The position numbers and the translations under genes were made by a program. A stretch of DNA of 64,000 bases, from contig JBAZZE010000001.1 in the NCBI GenBank assembly GCA_041658955.1, forward strand, positions 16,676-80,675, read 5' to 3'. The stretch's first letter is position 1; each line of letters opens with the position of its first letter. Source of the DNA: Candidatus Shapirobacteria bacterium. Lineage in GTDB: Bacteria > Patescibacteriota > Microgenomatia > UBA12405. The notes beneath the pieces are model-generated. The model made no database searches, had not been told where the DNA came from, and was given only the letters and a program-made list of their open reading frames with translations. Shown piece after piece: positions 7,441 through 16,897 of this stretch.

Positions 7441-8144
7441 GTTAACTATGCCCCAGTGTTTTTCCGGAAAAATTTGCGAAGCTTTGTGCTGTGGTTCGTG
7501 TAATGTGTCCAATGACGCTGCCAGAGCCAAATTCCCTGCCGGAAAAGTTTTGTCTATTCGCACTTCTTGGGATTATCTTGAGTTAAGCATAACCCGTACT
7601 GACCCAACTCCTGTGGGAGAAATCAAAGAAATCATCGTCCGTAGAGGTATAATAAGTACCATTATTCAAAATAACAATTCATAATCATGACTTTAAGCAA
7701 AGATACAATCCAACGATCGTGTAGCCGCCCACCAGCAAGTGGAGTTGGTGCCCGAACAATTGAAGACTGTGGACACCCTATTCAGAAGTACTTACCACCT
7801 TCAGAACATTGTATTGCTTGTATTACTGCATCTATGAGGGGTGGTCAGGCTGTTGATGTTCCAGCGTCTAGAAATTCCCAACCAATTCCTCAGAAATAGT
7901 CAAATTATTCTCGGTGTTATAATCTGCTATGGCAGGACCGACAACTCTTCCTGAAAATATCCTTCGAGATATTCGTCTGGCGATTAGCACTGGTCTAATA
8001 ACTCCCCCTCTTTCTGCTCGCTCCACGGAGCCTGGAGCCATTAGAATCGGTGACGAAACTTTTGATCCATCCACTCTAAGTGACCTGATTACTCGTAAAA
8101 TTCAATCCACTCCTGTTACTGACCTAATGTTCGACATTGGCTAA

Positions 8145-10478
8145 CTAAAGCTTTGCTCTCTTTCCAATCTCACTTTCGACAATTTCTCTAGGTCGTCCAT
8201 ACTTAAGTCCAGACAATTTTTTGATCATAGCTGCCAATTCTTTGTTTCCAGGTTTCTTAATTTCATCAGCTGTCACATTCAGTGAAAATGGAGGTTGGGG
8301 GATACCGTTAACCATGGTTTTTAGATAAGTGTGTCCGATTGGTAAGTTTAGTAAGTCGTGTTCATTAAATTCTGGTTTAAATTGGTTTACCAAAAATGAT
8401 GCGTCGGAAATACCCACCCGGAATGAACAGATCGAACCAACATTTCCAAACACAGCGTTTTTGATCTCATCGTCCATCTGGCTGATGAACTGATTTCCCA
8501 CCGTCAAATTCAAATGGTATTTTCTAGCCTCGCTCATGATTACTGCAAAGTCTTGAGTGGCAAAGTTCTGAAACTCATCGACATATAAGTAAAAATCTTT
8601 CCGAAGTGGCTCTGGGGTATCCTGTCGGCTCATGGCGGCGATCAATATTTTTGGAATCAAAACTAGTCCTAAGAATGCCGAATTTTCTTCTCCAATCGAT
8701 CCCTTAGCTAAGTTGATGATCAAAATTTTACCTTCATCCATCGCCGTTCTAAAGTTAAATGAGCTGGTCGATTGTCCGATGATGTTTCTCATCATGGTGT
8801 TAGTAATAAACCGCCCAAACTTTGAAACAATGTAGTCCAAAACCTCTGATTTATGGAACTCATTGGTATTGGCAATCTGGTCAGTCCAATAGCGCTTAAC
8901 CATCGGATCACTCACTTTTGGTAACAGTTGTTGGACAAATGACGGGTCAGTTAAACATCGAACAATTTCAATAAAAGTTGCCCCTGGTTCCGCCATGACA
9001 GTCAACATGATGTTTCGGATAGCATGTTCAAACCTAGGTCCGACGATACCTGTTTTATAAGGATCGTACAGTTTGTACATCAGGTTGATGATCGATGAGG
9101 TTACAAAATCTTTTTGATCTTCTCTCTCGCATTCCATGACATTAAAACCCATTGGTCGATCTACCATTCCTGGATCAAAATAAATTACATCCTCAATCCG
9201 CTCTGGTGGTATCCGTTCCAAAATCATTTCAAAAGTGTCATGGGGGTCGATAAAACAAACTCCCTTACCTGCCTTGATATCTTGAAGTGCCATGTTTGCC
9301 AAAAGCCATGACTTACCCACACCAGTTTGTCCGACGATATAAAAATGTCTTTGGCGATCTTTGGTCGTTACATGAAATTTTTTCTTAATGCCACGATAAT
9401 GATTTTCTCCAATATAAATTCCTTCATTTGGACTATCTGATGGCGCTGGTGCTGCTTTGGCTTTTAGCCAATAAATATTTGGTGTCTCAATTGTTTTGTT
9501 GGGAAAATGAAAAATCGAAGCTATCTCATCGGACGATAAAATTGTCTTTCCTTTGTGCCAATAAATGATTGGATACTTATATATAAAATCGTCTAAGAAA
9601 AATTTCTTAATCCAAATTTTTCGGCTAGAAAGTTTGTTCCAAGGTGACTCGTATTGACCAAACGTCGCCTTAATGTTCGACAGGTTCATCTTAGCTGTTT
9701 CTTCATTTGGCGCAAAAGATACTATTCGAATTGCTGTCTCAAATCCAACTTTACTTGATTTAACATCGATCGCCTCTAGCTGTCTCGCATCTACTTTGTA
9801 ACTAGCTTTTTCTGGGTTAGCTTCTGATTTTTTGGTACTAGATACAAATCCCTTACCAGCTTTGGCCCAAGATCCATCGGTTGGCGACAGTACTAATTGG
9901 ATAGCCATGGTTTCATCTTTACCAAGCTTGGACATAGCTGAAGTGATAGTAGACAGGGGATCCGTAGGTATGTCTTTATATGTTTTAAGTGGAAAATAGG
10001 GTATCTTTTTTATTCCCATCCAGGCATATTCGGCTTTACCTTCTTCAGGATAGATATTTGGTTCTTCTGCCTCCTGGACATCAGCACCGGCGTAGACGCT
10101 ATAAATTTGTTTTTCAATAAAATCCTGTGTCTTACGAGGGATACAAATATAAAATTTTATATCCTCGCTAGTACCGATTAGTTCTAATGACACACTTGGT
10201 TGGGCTTGAAATCTTTGCAAAAACTTAAACTTAGCACTCTTGTATAAACTAGCTAAAGACCCAATAATTTGCTCCATCGCATCAACCTTTATTTCATTCT
10301 CTTCAGGAACTGCCACCAACAAAGTGACCATCTCCAGTGACTTTTCTTCCCTATCTTTCCACTTATACCACAGTACAAACGCTGCAGTTAAAGCCCACAA
10401 CAACACTAATACCATTACAGTGATCATCAGCATCAACATTGCGTTGGTTGCAAACGCGATCATTATATCAGGGGTCAT
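8145..10478 (-). CDS. Membrane-anchored VirB4/TraG-like P-loop ATPase (DUF87/HerA-FtsK superfamily)
   Basis: Two N-terminal TM helices, Walker A GQTGVGKSW and Walker B LYVDEFQNF. The 777-aa size matches type IV secretion and conjugation ATPases. Confidence 0.6.
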   Translation of the reverse strand: MTPDIMIAFATNAMLMLMITVMVLVLLWALTAAFVLWYKWKDREEKSLEMVTLLVAVPEENEIKVDAMEQIIGSLASLYKSAKFKFLQRFQAQPSVSLELIGTSEDIKFYICIPRKTQDFIEKQIYSVYAGADVQEAEEPNIYPEEGKAEYAWMGIKKIPYFPLKTYKDIPTDPLSTITSAMSKLGKDETMAIQLVLSPTDGSWAKAGKGFVSSTKKSEANPEKASYKVDARQLEAIDVKSSKVGFETAIRIVSFAPNEETAKMNLSNIKATFGQYESPWNKLSSRKIWIKKFFLDDFIYKYPIIYWHKGKTILSSDEIASIFHFPNKTIETPNIYWLKAKAAPAPSDSPNEGIYIGENHYRGIKKKFHVTTKDRQRHFYIVGQTGVGKSWLLANMALQDIKAGKGVCFIDPHDTFEMILERIPPERIEDVIYFDPGMVDRPMGFNVMECEREDQKDFVTSSIINLMYKLYDPYKTGIVGPRFEHAIRNIMLTVMAEPGATFIEIVRCLTDPSFVQQLLPKVSDPMVKRYWTDQIANTNEFHKSEVLDYIVSKFGRFITNTMMRNIIGQSTSSFNFRTAMDEGKILIINLAKGSIGEENSAFLGLVLIPKILIAAMSRQDTPEPLRKDFYLYVDEFQNFATQDFAVIMSEARKYHLNLTVGNQFISQMDDEIKNAVFGNVGSICSFRVGISDASFLVNQFKPEFNEHDLLNLPIGHTYLKTMVNGIPQPPFSLNVTADEIKKPGNKELAAMIKKLSGLKYGRPREIVESEIGKRAKL

Positions 10479-10867
10479 TCTTGTTTAAATTTTACATTAC
10501 CCTTCTTCTTTTTTATTAATTTTAGTAAGAATCCAGATAGCCATCGACTTGCTTCATTAACTGACTTTTTAAATCCTTCTACAAACTTTTCTCGGGTTAT
10601 GGGTAAAACTATTTTTGGATTTTGATTGGGTGTGGGGACCAGCACTGGTTGGCCACTATCATCATGGACTGTCTTCATTTGACCTGGATCTTCTTCGATT
10701 TTTTGCATCCAGCTTTTTACTTCATGAGGGACACGTGGAGTTGTCTCCCTAACATCGGTCATTACTACCTCCGGTGTCCGTCGTTCTGTCGTGGTTACTA
10801 CTTCAGCAGAAGTTGGCCTATTTTCTTGTTCAAACTGATTGTTAGTTTCCTTAATCTCTGGCATCAA
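10475..10867 (-). CDS. Hypothetical protein, first gene of the ATPase operon (ATGA start/stop overlap)
   Basis: ORF with a Pro/Thr-rich N-terminus and a basic C-terminus; its stop overlaps the start of the ATPase gene. Confidence 0.4.
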   Translation of the reverse strand: MMPEIKETNNQFEQENRPTSAEVVTTTERRTPEVVMTDVRETTPRVPHEVKSWMQKIEEDPGQMKTVHDDSGQPVLVPTPNQNPKIVLPITREKFVEGFKKSVNEASRWLSGFLLKLIKKKKGNVKFKQE

Positions 10868-10907
10868 AATAAGTATAAACTATAAAAATTTGTTATGATA
10901 ACCCAGT

Positions 10908-11708
10908 ATGTCCCAGGCGACAGGAAAACTCTTCTTAATAGATCACGACGGTACTCTTTGTCAGACAAATCCTTTTGCCTTTGAAAGCATCAAATACGCC
11001 GCTCTCGACGCTGTCAACAAGCTCGGTCACGAAAATAAAATAACTGCCAACGATTGGGACGATATTTTTTCTGAAACGTCAGGTACTACTGAAAAAAATC
11101 TAGCTCGTTTTATTTGCAACATGATTGGTGTTTCCCTCGAAGAGTTTGAAAAACATTTTTACAGTTCTCGGGCCAACTGGTTTTTGCAAATGAAAAAGAG
11201 TCAGGAATTTATTTTTGACACGTATTATCCAGATGCCGAATTTCTAATCAACAAAGTTGACGCTTCTTCCGACTACCACCTAATGATGGTCACTGGTAAT
11301 CCTGAAAATGTGATGGATGTCCGCCTCAGTACTCATTTGCGTAAACATTTTTGTAACGATGGTGACAGGATTTTAGGTGGCTTTGGTAATGAGTGTTTTA
11401 GCCGTCAGGATCTAATTAAAAATGCCATCGACGATGCCATAGAATTATTTCCTGACTTTGTTCCTTCCAAAAATAATTTTGGTTTTTATGACAATGTTTA
11501 TTACATTGGTGATGGATATAAAGACTTTAAGGCCGGCATCTATGCCAAAGTCAAAACCATTTGGATACCTTCCCGCTCCCTACCTATGGTAAAAGAAAAA
11601 TCTAGTGATGAGCAAATAAAACTCCTCATGGATGTTTTAGGAAGTAATGCCATTATCACCAACAATCTCGAATCCAAGCCAGTCCTCGACTTTATTGGCC
11701 TGAACTAG
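10908..11708 (+). CDS. HAD-superfamily hydrolase
   Basis: Motif I LIDHDGTL (DxDGT), then a later GDGYKD (motif IV-like). Confidence 0.55.
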   Translation: MSQATGKLFLIDHDGTLCQTNPFAFESIKYAALDAVNKLGHENKITANDWDDIFSETSGTTEKNLARFICNMIGVSLEEFEKHFYSSRANWFLQMKKSQEFIFDTYYPDAEFLINKVDASSDYHLMMVTGNPENVMDVRLSTHLRKHFCNDGDRILGGFGNECFSRQDLIKNAIDDAIELFPDFVPSKNNFGFYDNVYYIGDGYKDFKAGIYAKVKTIWIPSRSLPMVKEKSSDEQIKLLMDVLGSNAIITNNLESKPVLDFIGLN

Positions 11709-11740
11709 ACTTTATTTACTGTTGGTATACTACCTTAACT

Positions 11741-12925
11741 ATGTCTGCTGATTCGCCTTTATCCCAAATTCGTAAAATCGACACCAAGCGTTCTGCTCCT
11801 TTTGCCACGATTTTCATGATCGGCCTGACTCTGTTGATTTTTTATTGGTTTTTTAGAGGCGGTAGTTTTCGACTTTACGCTAGCATCTTTTTCGGTTTGT
11901 ACTTTATTACTCGTCAAATCTGGGTGTCAGTACTATTAATTGGTATTATCCAAAACATCGCTTTTCTTCCTCTCCACTTTATTTGGCTAAAAATGTCTAC
12001 TTCTATGCAGTCTTTTGAAGATGAAATAGATGCCATTAAAGCTCCAGAAGAACAATACATTGTATTTCAACAAAAAGTTAGCAAAGGGGACTTTGCCGCC
12101 TCATTTTATATCTTTAGTTTTATCGTCAATGCAATTGCTTTTTTCTCGGCCGGACGCGTCTTTCTTATTGATTTCTACACCAAAAACTTAGACCCAGCTC
12201 TTATTTATTCTTTTATTCCCTATCCCCAATACCCACTTCAGGGTGAATTGTTCAAATTTCCCTTTTACAAGGTTACTGGTACGACTGCCGTCAATTGGCA
12301 ATACATCTTCTTTTTTTGGCTATCGATCACTATTTTCTTTGCAGTTCTTAGACTACTTTGGCGTTTTCTCAAAATATTTCTTTCTACCAATCCTTCAGTT
12401 TTAAAATTTCGTATCGGTTACAATCGGATCTTATTGGCAGTTGGTGGAGTTGGTCTGACTATTCTAATTTTATCTACAATTTTGCTTCGTCATTTACCAA
12501 CCCAGTTCTCTTTTACTTGGTTGATAGTTGACTTGAGTCATCAGAATACACCAATGAACTTTATTACCGCCGTGGGAACTTTTCTCACCACTATTATGGC
12601 TGGTTATAAACACAATAGTATTGCCTCAACCAACTTGCGTCAGGGAGGAGTTTCCGAAGAAGTTATTGAAAAAATATTTAGAGACAAAATGAGACAAAGT
12701 TTGAGCAATGGTCTACTTCTCGGTGCCGGCGCTTTCTTTATTACCAATCAAATCCCTAGTGCTTTCGAATTATCTGTGGCGATGTTTGAACTGCTTTATA
12801 TTATTTCACCTTATACTTTTGACCGCTTCTTAGTTCAAGTCGCCAATAAATCATCCACCAAGACTGCTGTTGCCACCTCAGAAACAGCACCTGCAGTTAC
12901 CACCGAATCTTCCGAGAAAAAATAA
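11741..12925 (+). CDS. Polytopic membrane protein, function unknown
   Basis: Eight or more hydrophobic segments. Confidence 0.4.
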   Translation: MSADSPLSQIRKIDTKRSAPFATIFMIGLTLLIFYWFFRGGSFRLYASIFFGLYFITRQIWVSVLLIGIIQNIAFLPLHFIWLKMSTSMQSFEDEIDAIKAPEEQYIVFQQKVSKGDFAASFYIFSFIVNAIAFFSAGRVFLIDFYTKNLDPALIYSFIPYPQYPLQGELFKFPFYKVTGTTAVNWQYIFFFWLSITIFFAVLRLLWRFLKIFLSTNPSVLKFRIGYNRILLAVGGVGLTILILSTILLRHLPTQFSFTWLIVDLSHQNTPMNFITAVGTFLTTIMAGYKHNSIASTNLRQGGVSEEVIEKIFRDKMRQSLSNGLLLGAGAFFITNQIPSAFELSVAMFELLYIISPYTFDRFLVQVANKSSTKTAVATSETAPAVTTESSEKK

Positions 12926-13455
12926 TGACTATCACTACTGACCCTCTAAACGAAATATTTCCGATCGTCGATGCTGATGATAATGTCATCGGTCAAACTA
13001 CGCGCCAAAATGCCAATAGTAATCCATCTATTATCCACCGCTCCATAAATATTCTTATTTATAATTTACGAGGTGAGTTACTAATCCAACAGCGTAGCCC
13101 CACCAAAGATACTTACCCCAACACCTGGGCAGTCGGAGTAGGTGGCCATGTAGAATTTGGTGACGATTATCTTTCCACTGCAATCAGAGAAATCTCTGAA
13201 GAATTGGGACTGTCAGTTACTTCATCAGAACTCAGACCTCTTGGTAAAACCCTAATCCAGATGCCTTCTGAAAACGAATATTCACAAATCTACGAATATC
13301 ACGCCACTACCGAGTTGGTAATAAACCCTTCTCCTTCTGAAATCTCGAAGACAAAATTCGTAACTATTTCGGAAATGAAATCAATGTTGGCCGATCCAAG
13401 TATAAATTGGAATCCATTTTCGCTAGCGGTCCTCAAAGCTTTTCCTTTGGTTTAG
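12925..13455 (+). CDS. Nudix hydrolase
   Basis: Nudix box GGHVEFGDDYLSTAIREISEELGL, which matches Gx5Ex7REUxEExGU. Confidence 0.65.
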   Translation: MTITTDPLNEIFPIVDADDNVIGQTTRQNANSNPSIIHRSINILIYNLRGELLIQQRSPTKDTYPNTWAVGVGGHVEFGDDYLSTAIREISEELGLSVTSSELRPLGKTLIQMPSENEYSQIYEYHATTELVINPSPSEISKTKFVTISEMKSMLADPSINWNPFSLAVLKAFPLV

Positions 13456-14522
13456 ACATCGCGATCAACCATGTATTCAGCCACGCCCTGAATAAAGTCA
13501 ATTGCCTCCACATTTAGCCCTTCTATCTTTCTCAATTTTTCTGCAGTAGTCGCAGCTTTTCTAGCGAAGTCTCTTGAAATATTTCTCGAATACTCCAGCG
13601 AGCCACTGTCAATCAGCGCCTTCTTGGCTTTTTCGATATCATCTGGCTCAGCTTTTCTTTTTCCCCAGACTTTTTTCAAATCTTCAATTTGTTCTGGCGT
13701 ACCATCCTTAAAAGTTCGTAAAATTAGTAAGGTAACTTTTCCTTGCAGTAGGTCTGAGTTTGCCGACTTACCGGTTTTTTCCGGGTCACCAAACACACCT
13801 AAAATATCATCTTGAAGCTGGAACGCCACCCCACCATCCATTGAGTAGTCGGTCAAAACTTTAAATACTTCCCCACTAAGGCCGGCTAGTATTGCCCCGA
13901 TGTATAAAGGGTTTTCATATGTATAAATCGCTGTTTTTGCCTTATGTAGGACTATTACATCTTCCTCATCAACCTTATCCAATATCTTTTCCAGAGTCAC
14001 ATCGTACGCTTGTCCCCAGACAGTCTGAGTAATTCCCCTCAACATTTTTAGGGTGGCTCTTCTAACTGCTTCTGGTTCAAAATCAGCGGAGAGTAATAAC
14101 TCTTGACCTATTTCCAGAACTGCATCACCTGAGTTAACTGCCATGGTATCACCGTAGTGGCTATCACCATTTTCAAAAAACTTATGAGTTGTTGGCTTAC
14201 CTCTTCGAACATCATCCTGATCCATAAAATCATCGTGCATCAGTAGGGCAGTGTGAACGAGTTCTACTCCCAAAGCGGCGTTCCATATCCTCTCATCTCT
14301 ATCTTTTCCCAATAAATAGCCATAGTAAGTGAATGCTCCCCGTAGTCTCTTTGATGAACGAAGGCTATGCTCAGCTGCATGGGTCAACATTTTTTCTACC
14401 AATTCTTTTTGTTTACTATTAAAACCAAAATTCTTCTTCAGTTCAGTCTTCCAATACTCCTCTAGTTTTTTATCAATAATTGGGACAAATTGTTGTAGTA
14501 TTTCTTTTGCGTTCATATTCAC
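13452..14522 (-). CDS. trans-Polyprenyl diphosphate synthase (FPP/GGPP/long-chain type)
   Basis: First DDxxD motif LMHDDFMDQDD and second QLQDDILG. Confidence 0.85.
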   Translation of the reverse strand: MNMNAKEILQQFVPIIDKKLEEYWKTELKKNFGFNSKQKELVEKMLTHAAEHSLRSSKRLRGAFTYYGYLLGKDRDERIWNAALGVELVHTALLMHDDFMDQDDVRRGKPTTHKFFENGDSHYGDTMAVNSGDAVLEIGQELLLSADFEPEAVRRATLKMLRGITQTVWGQAYDVTLEKILDKVDEEDVIVLHKAKTAIYTYENPLYIGAILAGLSGEVFKVLTDYSMDGGVAFQLQDDILGVFGDPEKTGKSANSDLLQGKVTLLILRTFKDGTPEQIEDLKKVWGKRKAEPDDIEKAKKALIDSGSLEYSRNISRDFARKAATTAEKLRKIEGLNVEAIDFIQGVAEYMVDRDV

Positions 14523-14627
14523 TATTAGTCGCTAATAATTTAAATATCCTCCGTATTCTATCTTATTTCGCTCTAACGTACTTAAGTTCCAAAGTTCTAA
14601 CCTTCTAATTTTCTGCTAATCTTAATA

Positions 14628-15806
14628 ATGCCGAGTCCACAACCCAACTTTACCATCACCTTCGGCGGCTGGTACCAACGGACCACACTTCATCTTTCCG
14701 AAATTTATGATCTGTTCGCTCTTGGCCATTCTGGATTAAAACTAGATAAAACTATCCTTCAAAATCTTCATCGAAAACTTGATTTTGTATCTGTCACCCG
14801 AGAATGGGGTGAGCTCGAATATATCAAATGTCTCACTGGTAAAGGAATTGAAGTTCGCTATTACGAAGACGGACTCTATGTCCTGATATTTAATAGTACC
14901 CACATCGTTACCGGTCAAAAAATGCTTCGCGATTATTATGATGAATGTCTTTCCCCAGCAATATCGTACATTTTCTCTTTGGGAGCACCTACCCCCAAGG
15001 TGCTCGCCAACATCAAACAGGACCATCCTACCGTAGTTTCTGCGGTCACTTCCACTCCTAAAACATTTTTTGCCAAACTAAAATTTGGTCCTGTTTATAG
15101 CCAAATACTTTCACCCGATCTTTCGGTATATAAAACTCCAGCGCATATCGTCATTCTCAGTAAAAGTAGTTCTCAGGATGTCACTAAACTTATTGAGATG
15201 CAAATCTTTTTCCGTGAGTTTAAAGATCAACTCCACCGCTATTTAAATCTCCACCGAGAAATTTGGGAAGAAATCTCCGATATTAAAGAGCGTGGTTCTA
15301 TAGCTGGTAAAGAAGTTGAGACACTTCGGGCTCGTCTTGATTCTTATCAAAAAACTATCAATCTTATTAAAAGCCGTCTCAATCAAATGGGGACCTATGT
15401 CCGTACCCGGGCCTCAATTGCCAAGAAACTTGAGCTAGAAGATAAGCTCGCTTCAGTCTTTCAATATAAATTTGAAACTCTCAGTAATACTCACTCTTAT
15501 GTCCAAGACATTTGGAAAATGACTCAAGACTATGTCGACACTGCTATCCAAGTCATCAATGAAGTCAAATCTCTTAGTACCAGTAACGGTATCAACTCTC
15601 TCCGTCTAATCACTACCATTGGTGTACTTTCGGGAATTTTTACATACCTCAGCAAAGATCAGTTCCCCACCTTTACCCTCATCGGCCTTTGGTACTTTTT
15701 AGTCCTAGTCTTAGGCACTTGGATTATTAACCAGATAGTAACCACAGCCTTTAGGTCCATTCATTACCGTCTAAAATTCACCCAAAACATAGGGATTAAG
15801 TCATGA
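14628..15806 (+). CDS. Hypothetical protein with two C-terminal TM helices
   Basis: Large soluble N-terminal domain plus two TM. The layout resembles CorA but the GMN motif is absent. Confidence 0.35.
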   Translation: MPSPQPNFTITFGGWYQRTTLHLSEIYDLFALGHSGLKLDKTILQNLHRKLDFVSVTREWGELEYIKCLTGKGIEVRYYEDGLYVLIFNSTHIVTGQKMLRDYYDECLSPAISYIFSLGAPTPKVLANIKQDHPTVVSAVTSTPKTFFAKLKFGPVYSQILSPDLSVYKTPAHIVILSKSSSQDVTKLIEMQIFFREFKDQLHRYLNLHREIWEEISDIKERGSIAGKEVETLRARLDSYQKTINLIKSRLNQMGTYVRTRASIAKKLELEDKLASVFQYKFETLSNTHSYVQDIWKMTQDYVDTAIQVINEVKSLSTSNGINSLRLITTIGVLSGIFTYLSKDQFPTFTLIGLWYFLVLVLGTWIINQIVTTAFRSIHYRLKFTQNIGIKS

Positions 15807-16897
15807 GACACATTTTTATATCAGCAGTCTTTCTCCAATTCATGGGTACTGTCGGTTCTGGAATATTTGTATTACCTTATCTTTTTTATCATTCCAATTT
15901 TATTTTTTCTGTCTTTTTTTTGGTGGTCTTAGCGGTAGTTACTGGAGTACTAAATCATTTTTATGCCCACATTGTCACCAGCACCACCGGTGATCATCAG
16001 CTAGCTGGTTACTCTCGTATTTACTTAGGTAAAAGGTTTTCTAGTTTAGCTACCCTAAATTTAATATTGCTCTCGTTCGGGGCTATCGCTGCCTATTTAA
16101 AACTTTTTGTTAGTTTTACTAGTGTTCTTTTTTCTTCTCTTTCCCCAAGTATCGCTTCAATTATTTATATAGTAGTTCTTTTTATTGCCTACCGACTCTA
16201 TTTTCACCCCTCAAATATTCTTGATTATCTTATTCCCGTTTTTATGCTCCTAGTGCCAATTACTGTATTTGTAATTTCTTTTTTTTCTGGTTCTCCAACC
16301 AACAGTTTTTACTTGGTTTCTCCCAAGTTTTCATTTTTTGGTGCCACTATATATGCCCTATCTGGCTTCACTATTATTCCTGAAGTACAGGAAATTCTTC
16401 TCAAAGATAAAAAACATAAACACTCATTATCTTTGGCTGTCGCTCTGGGTATGGTCTTAGTAGTCATTTCCTACTTCTTGTTTTCTTATGGAGTCATTGT
16501 CATCAGCAATGGGGGAGTAACCATCGATACAGTTACTGGTCTTGCTCGATCATTACCTATACTTGCCAAGGTAATTTCAACTTTCGGAGCGGTCATTGTT
16601 TTGAGGGCTTCGTTTGGATTTTTACTCGTTTTACGAGAACTATTTTTCCGTGATCTTCAACTTCGAAAAAGAACTGCCGACTATCTCCCCTTGGCTTTTC
16701 CACTTGTCGCTATGACCCTCGGTTCCGTTTCTCTGATATCTCTAATTTCCCTAACCGGCAACATCACTATTTTTGTTTCAGCTCTGCTAATTTGTCTAAT
16801 TCGCCTTCGATTACCAACTACTTTTTGGACTCAGTTTTGGGTGATGTCTGTAATGATTAGTTTATTTCTTGGGTTAGCCATTAATACTATTTCCTAA
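15803..16897 (+). CDS. Polytopic membrane protein (transporter-like)
   Basis: About 10 TM segments; start overlaps the upstream stop. Confidence 0.4.
   Translation: MRHIFISAVFLQFMGTVGSGIFVLPYLFYHSNFIFSVFFLVVLAVVTGVLNHFYAHIVTSTTGDHQLAGYSRIYLGKRFSSLATLNLILLSFGAIAAYLKLFVSFTSVLFSSLSPSIASIIYIVVLFIAYRLYFHPSNILDYLIPVFMLLVPITVFVISFFSGSPTNSFYLVSPKFSFFGATIYALSGFTIIPEVQEILLKDKKHKHSLSLAVALGMVLVVISYFLFSYGVIVISNGGVTIDTVTGLARSLPILAKVISTFGAVIVLRASFGFLLVLRELFFRDLQLRKRTADYLPLAFPLVAMTLGSVSLISLISLTGNITIFVSALLICLIRLRLPTTFWTQFWVMSVMISLFLGLAINTIS

Noticed and set aside
7441-8144. tmRNA, RNase P RNA or SRP RNA in the GC-richer gene-less stretch
   Set aside because: None of the diagnostic motifs (tmRNA tRNA-like ends and tag ORF, RNase P GGGUGAAA / ACAGAACCCGGCUUA, SRP GGAAGCAGCCA) could be found by eye.
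12925-13455. Type 1 isopentenyl-diphosphate isomerase next to the polyprenyl synthase
   Set aside because: The Nudix box is present but the IDI catalytic Cys motif is absent. Called a generic Nudix hydrolase.
14628-15806. CorA-type Mg2+ channel for the 392-aa protein with two C-terminal TM helices
   Set aside because: The architecture resembles CorA but the essential GMN motif in the loop between the TM helices is missing.
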